From NCBI RefSeq assembly GCF_000189295.2, contig NC_016803.1, positions 630,001 to 662,000 on the forward strand: 32,000 bases of DNA. The letters run 5' to 3'. Both the position numbers and the translations under genes were made by a program. A model generated the notes under the pieces. That model was not told where the DNA came from and did not search any database. It worked only from the letters and a program-made list of their open reading frames with translations. This document shows positions 25,955 to 32,000 of the stretch, one piece after another (within the stretch, counting starts at the first letter, position 1; each line of letters opens with the position of its first letter). This stretch comes from Pseudodesulfovibrio mercurii (GTDB lineage: Bacteria; Desulfobacterota; Desulfovibrionia; Desulfovibrionales; Desulfovibrionaceae).

Positions 25955-26116
25955 GGGTCGGCTCCTTGGTTCGCCGGCTTCGAGCCGGTCGGGTGCGTGA
26001 TCGGCGACGACCATAATCGCCCTTCCCCCGCCAGGCAAGCGCTTGCCGCCCCACTTCCCGCCTTAAAAAAGGGAGCGGACCCACGGCCCGCCCCCCATAG
26101 TCTCGTCGCTGCGCAA

Positions 26117-26671
26117 TCACGCCTCGGCGGTCACGAAAAAGGCCGGGTCGGCGGTGATCCTCCCCCGGACCTCGCCGTCATCCAGGGAGAGGCCCAGGAC
26201 ATACCGGCCGGGCACGCCGTCCATGGTCAGCCCCGGCCGGGCGCTGAAACCGAACCGCGCGTAGTAGCCCGGCTCGCCCACCAGGACCACGCCGCGCGCG
26301 CCCCGGTCCCGCATGACCTCCAGGGCCTCGCGGATCAGGGCCGAGCCGATGCCCCGCCCCTGGCGTTCGGGCGTCACGCCCACCGGGCCGAGCAGGTACC
26401 AGCCCTGGTTCCCGTCTTTCATGGCAACCTCCGGGGCGTCCTCCGGGGCGTTCCCCAGCAAGGCCGGGGACAGGGCCACGTGACCGACCACCGCGCCGCC
26501 GTCCTCGGCCACCAGGGACAGGCTCAACCGGCCCGAAGCGCGCAGGGCGTCGACGATCAGGTGTTCGGTGGGTTCCGCGCCGGGCGCGTGCTGGGGATGG
26601 TTGCGGAAGGCCGCGTATTCGACCGCCCGGATGGCGGCCTCGTCGTTGTCTGTTTCCAAGCGTATCAACAT
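26117..26671 (-). CDS. GNAT-family N-acetyltransferase (YhbS-like)
   Basis: MLIRLETDNDEAAI..., PERQGRGIGSALI and GEPGYYARFGF, which are typical of the YhbS-type GNAT. Confidence 0.85.
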   Translation of the reverse strand: MLIRLETDNDEAAIRAVEYAAFRNHPQHAPGAEPTEHLIVDALRASGRLSLSLVAEDGGAVVGHVALSPALLGNAPEDAPEVAMKDGNQGWYLLGPVGVTPERQGRGIGSALIREALEVMRDRGARGVVLVGEPGYYARFGFSARPGLTMDGVPGRYVLGLSLDDGEVRGRITADPAFFVTAEA

Positions 26672-26956
26672 GTTTTCATCCTGTTGTTTCAGTCCATGCA
26701 GAAAGACCCGCGCCCGTCCGGGACGCGGCCTCGATCCATTCCCGCCCGCTCCGAAACGGTCGCGGGCGGCACGGGACTAACGAACAAGATCCGAAAGCAA
26801 ACGAGGCAAACAGTCTCCTGCAAGGGCTGCGCGGCCGCCGAAAACGGGCCGCCATGACGGTCCAGCGATACCCGCCGCCACGCACGCCCGTCAAGAACGT
26901 TGCCTGTGGCCCGGTTTCCGATTATCAAGGCGAAAAAACCAGCCCGGAGCCCGTTC

Positions 26957-27439
26957 ATGTCCACACCCAATCCCCTCGACAAGCTCGCCGTCGCCCTGGC
27001 CACCCTCGGCCCGGTGGGCCATTTCCCCAAGGCCCCCGGCACCTGGGGCTCCCTGGCCGCCGTGGTGGCCGCCCCGTGGCTGTTCCTCTCCCTCGACCTG
27101 CCCTGGCGGCTGGCCGTGCTGCTCGGCGTGTTCATCGTCGGCACCTGGGGTTGCGGCCGGGCCGAGATCGTCATGAATCGCAAGGACCCCGGCAGCGTGG
27201 TCGTGGACGAACTCTTCGGCCAGTGGATCACCCTGCTCTTTTTCGCCATGCCCATCTGGTACCTGGCCATCGCCTTCGTCCTGTTCCGCATCTTCGACAT
27301 CCTCAAGCCCTGGCCCGTCAAATGGGCCGAAACCGCCTTCCCCGGCGGCTTCGGCGTCATGCTCGACGACGGCGTGGCCGGACTTTACGCCCTGGCCTGC
27401 CTGCACCTGATCCACTACGCCGCAGGACTTCTTTTTTAG
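26957..27439 (+). CDS. pgpA: Phosphatidylglycerophosphatase A
   Basis: Internal ATG with GGAG 7 nt upstream. GPVGHFPKAPGTWGSLAA, VVDELFGQW and FRIFDILKPWP are PgpA signatures. Confidence 0.88.
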   Translation: MSTPNPLDKLAVALATLGPVGHFPKAPGTWGSLAAVVAAPWLFLSLDLPWRLAVLLGVFIVGTWGCGRAEIVMNRKDPGSVVVDELFGQWITLLFFAMPIWYLAIAFVLFRIFDILKPWPVKWAETAFPGGFGVMLDDGVAGLYALACLHLIHYAAGLLF

Positions 27440-27446
27440 GAAAAGA

Positions 27447-27706
27447 ATGCCTCCGGCGGCCGGGGGAAGGGGAGGAAAGAACCCTTTTCAAAGGGTTTTT
27501 CCTCCCCTTCCCCCGGACCCCCATCCCCTCCTTTTCCTAAACTTTTTGACGCCGCTTCGCGGGGTATATCGCGGTTGTCCCCCCTTATACGAAGGACGTC
27601 CTTTCATGACGGCACGTCCTTGCCGAAGGCACACAAAAAGTTCTGGAGGGGGAGTCCAGAGGGGGAACCTCTTTCAAGAGGTTCCCCCTCTGGCCGCCGG
27701 AGGCAT
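27447..27706. repeat. Composite palindromic (REP/MITE-like) element: two related hairpin modules in inverted orientation, bounded by 15-bp perfect terminal inverted repeats
   Basis: ATGCCTCCGGCGGCC (27447-27461) is the exact reverse complement of 27692-27706. Inward of each end lies a long G/C-rich hairpin (27460-27516 and 27656-27693), both capped by a TTTCAA centre. Each is followed by an ACyCCC..CTCC tract and AACTTTTTG (27540-27548, and 27634-27642 inverted). Confidence 0.6.
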
Positions 27707-27710
27707 CATA

Positions 27711-27746
27711 AAAAAGGACGCCGCCCATACGGGCGGCGTCCTTTTT
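27711..27746. terminator. Bidirectional rho-independent terminator, serving pal and possibly pgpA
   Basis: AAAAAGGACGCCGCCC (atac) GGGCGGCGTCCTTTTT. It is a perfect 16-nt palindrome arm pair flanked by A and T runs, and lies 21 nt after the pal stop. Confidence 0.8.
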
Positions 27747-27766
27747 AATTGATATCACTGACGAGG

Positions 27767-28321
27767 TTATTTGATGACGAATTCGTCGCGGCGGTTCTTG
27801 GCCCAGGCGGTTTCGTTGTGGCCCGGGTCCACGGGGTATTCCTCGCCGTAGCTGACGATCTTCATGCGTTCGGGTTCCACGCCCAGGATGACGAGGTGTT
27901 CGTAGGCGGCGCGGGCGCGGCGCTCGCCCAGGGCGAGGTTGTATTCCTCGGTGCCGCGTTCGTCGCAATGGCCTTCAATGACCACGTTGACGTCCGCGAA
28001 CTTGCGCAGGATGGTGGCCTTCTGGGCCAGGATCGAGCGGGATTCGTCGCTCAGTTCATAGGAATTGAAGGCAAAATGGATGGTCACGTTGGTCAGTTCC
28101 TGGACAGCCTCGGCCTTTGCGCGGGCCTGCTGCTCGGCGGCCAGGGCGGCCTCATCCACGGCGGGCTCTGCCGGCTGGGGCGGCGTCCACTGGGTATCGT
28201 CCTTCACTTCGACCTGACTCTGGGTCGGCTCCGTGGTTGTAGATTTCTTCGCACACCCGGCAAAGAGAAGAAGGGACACGGCCATAAGGGCCACAATACC
28301 GACATACCATTTGATTCTCAT
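27767..28321 (-). CDS. pal: Peptidoglycan-associated lipoprotein Pal
   Basis: Internal ATG with AAGGAG upstream. Lipobox LFAGC, then the OmpA-like domain IHFAFNSYELSDES...IEGHCDERGTEEYNLALGERRA...NRRDEF. Confidence 0.92.
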   Translation of the reverse strand: MRIKWYVGIVALMAVSLLLFAGCAKKSTTTEPTQSQVEVKDDTQWTPPQPAEPAVDEAALAAEQQARAKAEAVQELTNVTIHFAFNSYELSDESRSILAQKATILRKFADVNVVIEGHCDERGTEEYNLALGERRARAAYEHLVILGVEPERMKIVSYGEEYPVDPGHNETAWAKNRRDEFVIK

Positions 28322-28441
28322 GCTCACTCCTTGGTAGAGCCGTCGCCCGGCCATATTTGCAGTACTCCGTGAGTACCCGGTTTTCGATTTGTTACGATGT
28401 ACCTTTTCCGCGCCAAAAATCAACTCCGAATATATTACAAT

Positions 28442-29749
28442 TTACCACTGTAGGGAAGTATCCCATGCAGGGGCGAATGCGGCGCCCTTGCCCGTGGATA
28501 TCCTGCGCGGCGTGTCGCCGTGCCGGGTGGTCAGGTAGAGCTGGTAGGCTCCGGTCCGGCTGGAGGCGAAGGCGATGAAGTAGCCGTCCGGGCCGAAGGC
28601 CGGATATTCGTCGTTGCCCGGCCCGAAGGTCAGCTGCTTCTCGCGGCCGGTCTCGAGGTCGTGCAGGAAGATGCGGTGGCCGTCCGAGGTCTGGTGCGTG
28701 TAGGCCACGTACCGGCCGTCGGGGCTCAGGCACGGGTGGGTGTTGTACTTGCCCGTGGTGGTCACGCGCCGGACCTGGCCGGACTGCATGTCCAGCAGGT
28801 AGATGTGCGGGTTGCCCGCCCGGCCCGAGGTGAAGGCCATCTTGGAGCCGGTCCGGTCGAAGCTCGGCGAGACGTCGATATACGGGCTGGCCCCCAGCCG
28901 CTTGCCGACCTTGTAGGACTTGCTCAGTTCGTAGATGTTGGTGGTTCCGTTGAGGTTCAGGGAGGCGTAGAGCACGTCGCCGGGGCCGTAGACCGGGCTG
29001 ATGACCGTGTCGCCCAGCCCCTTGGCGATGCGCCGGATCTTGTGCGTCTTGGCCTCGTAGATGCACAGTTCATGGCGGTCGTTGCCGATGTGAGTGAAGG
29101 CGATCAGGTCGCCCTCGGCGGACCAGGCCGGGCTCAGGTTGAAGCCGCCCAGGTCGGAGATCTGCGTCAACCCCCTGCCCTGCGGCAACACCGTGTAGAT
29201 TTCCTTGGCCTTGCCGTCCTGCTTGACGAAGGCGATGGGCGAATCGAAGAAGCCCTTCTTGCCGGTCAGGGCCTCGAGGAAGGCGGAACAGAACCGGTCG
29301 GCCACCATGGGCAGCTTGTCGGCCACGTCGCGGTAGGCCTTGCCGACCACGCGGCGGCCGCCGAAGGTCTCGTAGACCCGGGCCTCAAGGTACTGGCCGT
29401 TCCAGCCGGTGGTCAGGCAGAGGTCCACACGGGCGAGCTGGAGGGGCTTGAAGTCGATGTCCTGGGCGGTCACGCCCCGGCTCGGGTCGCCGCCGAGCAG
29501 CGTGGTCACCGGGACCAGCTTGAGGAACGGGATGTAGCCGAGGTCGTTGGCCACCAGTTCCTCGAAGGCCTTGGCCGCCGCCTCGGGCACGGGTTGGCCG
29601 TCGAGCCCCTTGGGCGGGAGCAGGACGATGTTGACCATGCGCTGGCCGGGGCCGTGGATGTCCACGGTCAGGGGGCCCTGGGCCGAGGCGAACGCCGCCG
29701 CGAGGCAGACGAGCAGACAGGCTGCGATGAGGATCGTTATCCGTTTCAT
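28442..29749 (-). CDS. tolB: Tol-Pal system beta-propeller protein TolB
   Basis: Signal peptide, an N-terminal TolB domain and repeated propeller blades (SPAWSAEGDLIAF, SPSFDRTGSKMAF, CLSPDGRYVAY, PAFGPDGYFIAF). Confidence 0.93.
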   Translation of the reverse strand: MKRITILIAACLLVCLAAAFASAQGPLTVDIHGPGQRMVNIVLLPPKGLDGQPVPEAAAKAFEELVANDLGYIPFLKLVPVTTLLGGDPSRGVTAQDIDFKPLQLARVDLCLTTGWNGQYLEARVYETFGGRRVVGKAYRDVADKLPMVADRFCSAFLEALTGKKGFFDSPIAFVKQDGKAKEIYTVLPQGRGLTQISDLGGFNLSPAWSAEGDLIAFTHIGNDRHELCIYEAKTHKIRRIAKGLGDTVISPVYGPGDVLYASLNLNGTTNIYELSKSYKVGKRLGASPYIDVSPSFDRTGSKMAFTSGRAGNPHIYLLDMQSGQVRRVTTTGKYNTHPCLSPDGRYVAYTHQTSDGHRIFLHDLETGREKQLTFGPGNDEYPAFGPDGYFIAFASSRTGAYQLYLTTRHGDTPRRISTGKGAAFAPAWDTSLQW

Positions 29750-29754
29750 ACCGT

Positions 29755-30651
29755 TTACTCTGAGAGTTCCTGGCTGTTGAAATTGATGCGGATGAGCCGG
29801 TCACGCGGGGTGCGCGGCTTCTCCACATACTCGGTTTCCTTGATGGCTCGAAGGGCGGAACTGTCGAATTCAGGATTGTTCGAGGGTTCCAGGATCTTCG
29901 AGGAAAGAATCTTGCCGTCGTCCGCAAGGGTGATCTCGATGGTCACCATGAGGTTGGCCTCACCGGCAAAGGCGGGATAGCGCCAGTGCTTCTTGATGGC
30001 CGAGCCGACGATGAGGGCGTAGACCTCGGACAGGCCCGATCCGGCGCCGCCCGCCACGCCGCCCTCGCGGCCGCCCTCCTGCCCGCCCGGCTGTCCGCCG
30101 TGGGCGTAGACGTCGCTGCCCTCCTGCTTCTTCAGGGCGGCCAGTTCGCTGGCCAGGTTCTTCTGCTTGGCGGCGTCCTCGCGCTTGGCCTGGGCCTGGG
30201 CCGCGGCCATGCCCTCGGCCAGCAGTTGCTGGGCCGTCTTCTTGGGCTTGGGTTTCGGCTTGGGTTCGGGCTTGGGCTCTGGTTTCGGCTTGGGCTTGGG
30301 CTCTTCCTTCTTCTTGACCACGGTCTTCTTTTCGACCTTCTTGGGGCTGATTTCCTGGGCCTCCGGCTCGGGTTCGGGCTTGGCCTCGACCACGGGCACG
30401 GGCTTGGCCTCGGCCTGTTCGGGTTTGGCCTCGACCACGGGCACCGCCGGGGTCTCCGCGGGGGCCTGGGCCTCGGCCTGGACCTTGACGGGCGGCCCGG
30501 CCGGGGGCGGGGCCAGGGAGATCAGATCCACGTTGTACACGGGCCGGTCCAGGTTCACGCTCGGCGCGGAATAGTTCACGCCGAACAGCGCGAAGGCGAA
30601 TATGCCCGCGTGGAACAAGAGAGAGAGGGTGAAGCCGAGGCCCTGCCGCAT
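29755..30651 (-). CDS. tolA: TolA-like protein (N-terminal anchor, Pro/Lys/Glu-rich spacer, TonB-type C-terminal domain)
   Basis: Its position lies between tolR and tolB. It has one N-terminal TM segment, KPEPKP and AEAKPVPVVEAKPE repeats, and a C-terminal WRYP...LEPSNNPEFDSSALRAI domain. Confidence 0.8.
   Translation of the reverse strand: MRQGLGFTLSLLFHAGIFAFALFGVNYSAPSVNLDRPVYNVDLISLAPPPAGPPVKVQAEAQAPAETPAVPVVEAKPEQAEAKPVPVVEAKPEPEPEAQEISPKKVEKKTVVKKKEEPKPKPKPEPKPEPKPKPKPKKTAQQLLAEGMAAAQAQAKREDAAKQKNLASELAALKKQEGSDVYAHGGQPGGQEGGREGGVAGGAGSGLSEVYALIVGSAIKKHWRYPAFAGEANLMVTIEITLADDGKILSSKILEPSNNPEFDSSALRAIKETEYVEKPRTPRDRLIRINFNSQELSE
30241..30300. repeat. Tandem 30-bp duplication inside tolA, encoding the (K/E)P repeat
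   Basis: 30241-30270 cttgggcttgggtttcggcttgggttcggg versus 30271-30300 cttgggctctggtttcggcttgggcttggg, with 26 of 30 positions identical. Confidence 0.8.
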
Positions 30652-30672
30652 GTCTATATCAACTCTGGGAAA

Positions 30673-31089
30673 TTACTTGTTTTTATCCGGCCTGGGCTCT
30701 TCGGCCACGATACCGAGCTTGTCGATGCCCGCCGCCTTGATCTCGCCCATGACCTGCACCACGGTGCCGTAGGGCACCTCCTTGTCCGCGCGCAGGAAGA
30801 GCTGCTTCTTCTGCCCGGACACCAGCCGCTTCAGGTGGTCCTCCAGCTCGTCCATGGACACCTGGTACTCGTCCAGGAATATCTTGCCGTCCTTCTTGAC
30901 CGTCAGGACCAGATGTTCCGAATCCTGGGGCAGGTTGCGGACCGTGCGCGTGGTCGGCAGGTCCACCTCCACCCCCTGGGTCATGAGCGGGGCCGTGACC
31001 ATGAAGATGATCAGCAGGACCAGCATCACGTCCACGAAGGGCGTGACGTTGATCTCGTTGAGGAACCCGCCGCCGGTCTTGATCGCCAT
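30673..31089 (-). CDS. tolR: Tol-Pal system protein TolR (ExbD/TolR family)
   Basis: INVTPFVDVMLVLLIIFMVTAP with the conserved Asp, 138 aa. It starts 9 nt after tolQ. Confidence 0.9.
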   Translation of the reverse strand: MAIKTGGGFLNEINVTPFVDVMLVLLIIFMVTAPLMTQGVEVDLPTTRTVRNLPQDSEHLVLTVKKDGKIFLDEYQVSMDELEDHLKRLVSGQKKQLFLRADKEVPYGTVVQVMGEIKAAGIDKLGIVAEEPRPDKNK

Positions 31090-31098
31090 GGCCGTCTC

Positions 31099-31800
31099 CT
31101 ACGCCCGCTCGGGCTTGTCCGCCCAGGCGATCTCGCGCTCGGCGCGGTTCAGGAAGGCCCCGGCGAAGTCCACCATGCCGGACTCCACCTCGTTCAGCTT
31201 TCCCAGGAAATAGTTGTAGAAAATGGTCGCCGGGATGGCCACCAGCAGGCCGATGGCCGTGGCGATGAGGGCCTCGGAGATGCCCGGCGCCACCGTGGCC
31301 AGGGCCGCCGACTGGGCCATGCCGATGGAGTGGAACGAGTGCATGATGCCCCAGACCGTGCCGAACAGACCGATGAACGGGGCGGCGTTGGCGCAGGTGG
31401 CCAGGAACGGCAGGTTGCGGGTAAGCGAGCGCATTTCCTTGGAGATGCCCTGCTTGAGCACGCGCCGCAGGGTGTCCTTGACCAGCAGCCGCTTGCGCTC
31501 GCGGTTGACGCCCGCCTTTTCGAGCAGGCGGAACTCCTTGATGGCCAGGGACGCGACCCGGGCCAGGGGGGACTCCTGGTCGCCCAGGCTCTTGATGCCC
31601 TTGGCCAGGTCGCCCGCCGCCACAAAGGCCTCGTACCCCTGGATGACCTTCTTGCGGGCCGTGCCGATGGTGAAGAACTTGAGGAAGATGATGGTCCAGC
31701 TCCACAGGGACATGCACCCCAGGAAGAGCATGACCAGTTTGACCGCCAGGGTCGCCCCGGAGAGCAGGGTCAGAATGGAGTTGTCGGGCAGAAAGTTCAT
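31099..31800 (-). CDS. tolQ: Tol-Pal system protein TolQ (MotA/TolQ/ExbB family)
   Basis: Internal ATG (MNFLPDNSILTLLSGATLAVKLVM...). LATCANAAPFIGLFGTVWGIM and PGISEALIATAIGLLVAIPA are TolQ/ExbB signatures. Confidence 0.92.
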   Translation of the reverse strand: MNFLPDNSILTLLSGATLAVKLVMLFLGCMSLWSWTIIFLKFFTIGTARKKVIQGYEAFVAAGDLAKGIKSLGDQESPLARVASLAIKEFRLLEKAGVNRERKRLLVKDTLRRVLKQGISKEMRSLTRNLPFLATCANAAPFIGLFGTVWGIMHSFHSIGMAQSAALATVAPGISEALIATAIGLLVAIPATIFYNYFLGKLNEVESGMVDFAGAFLNRAEREIAWADKPERA

Positions 31801-31848
31801 GATTGCACCTTTGTCGGGTCTATGGGCCGTGGGGGCCCGCTTCATGCG

Positions 31849-31881
31849 AAAAAAGCCGGGCCTCAAGCAAGCCACGGCTTT
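31849..31881 (-). terminator. Terminator-like hairpin between the upstream gene and tolQ
   Basis: On the minus strand, AAAGCCG-T-GGC (9-nt loop) GCCCGGCTTT forms a 10-bp stem with one bulge and runs into TTTTTT. Confidence 0.45.
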
Positions 31882-31941
31882 CCTGTATTTCTTTACGTGC
31901 CTACGCCTTCTTGGTCACGACAGTGCGACGATCGGGAAACA

Positions 31942-32000
31942 TCATTTCATGCATCGCTGGACGATTTCCCAGGCGTTGGCCTCGGTCTGCCGGTATTCGT
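31942..32000 (-). CDS. 3' end of an unidentified gene (last 19 codons only)
   Basis: Own translation gives ...EYRQTEANAWEIVQRCMK then TGA at 31944-31942. This frame has the GC3-rich codon usage of the surrounding genes, and the alternative frames do not. It is too short to assign. Confidence 0.3.
   Translation of the reverse strand, partial: EYRQTEANAWEIVQRCMK

Noticed and set aside
26700-26860. Several GC-rich hairpins in the 285-nt divergent GNAT/pgpA spacer (for example 26708-26728 and 26742-26769, the latter with a CCG-AAA-CGG tip)
   Set aside because: Short GC stems arise readily by chance at this base composition. They are neither followed by T-runs nor repeated elsewhere in the window, so they are not distinguishable from background without comparative data.
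27460-27693. Possible CRISPR repeats or an integron attC site
   Set aside because: There are only two palindromic units, they are inverted rather than direct, and their lengths and sequences differ. No spacers are present, and there are no cas or intI genes in the window.
27447-27752. 101-aa ORF in the pgpA-pal spacer
   Set aside because: It reads straight through the palindromic repeat modules and the terminator. It has no ribosome-binding site and a Pro/Gly-rich nonsense composition.
1-32000. Mobile element, prophage or defence island
   Set aside because: There is no integrase, transposase, reverse transcriptase, restriction-modification gene, nuclease-NTPase pair or toxin-antitoxin pair. 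There is also no compositional break. All genes have housekeeping or transport-type identities.

Overview
This is a GC-rich segment with strong GC3 bias that reads as core chromosome. Protein sequences and gene order resemble a Desulfovibrio-like sulfate reducer; that placement is inference, since no database was searched. I support 39 coding regions, two of them partial at the window edges.

Minus strand, left part: the 5' end of a 2-oxoacid:ferredoxin oxidoreductase, ferritin, then recD2-recR-ybaB-dnaX (listed by coordinate; transcribed dnaX to recD2), and ilvE.

Plus-strand operon: AlaC-like aminotransferase, hom, ApgM-family protein, YbgC-type thioesterase, amidohydrolase, YgdI-type lipoprotein.

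Minus strand, middle part: a MarR plus DsrE/DrsE_2 pair, an amino-acid ABC binding protein and permease with no ATPase, and a gpt plus BMP-family purine ABC operon. These are followed by glk and a reversed-order motB-motA stator pair.

Right part: maf and a GNAT on the plus strand, a SAM methyltransferase and two more GNATs on the minus strand, pgpA, and tolQ-tolR-tolA-tolB-pal.

No rRNA, tRNA, CRISPR array, transposase, integrase or recognisable defence gene was seen.

The items most worth follow-up are:
- the isolated motB-motA pair behind a near-consensus sigma54 promoter;
- a 260-bp composite palindromic repeat element between pgpA and pal;
- the ApgM-family gene coupled to hom, a candidate non-canonical homoserine kinase;
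- a MarR/DrsE_2 locus with a repeated 19-bp palindromic operator and an apparently leaderless marR.

None of these is demonstrably a new system from sequence alone. The long ORFs antisense to recognisable genes are GC-content artefacts.
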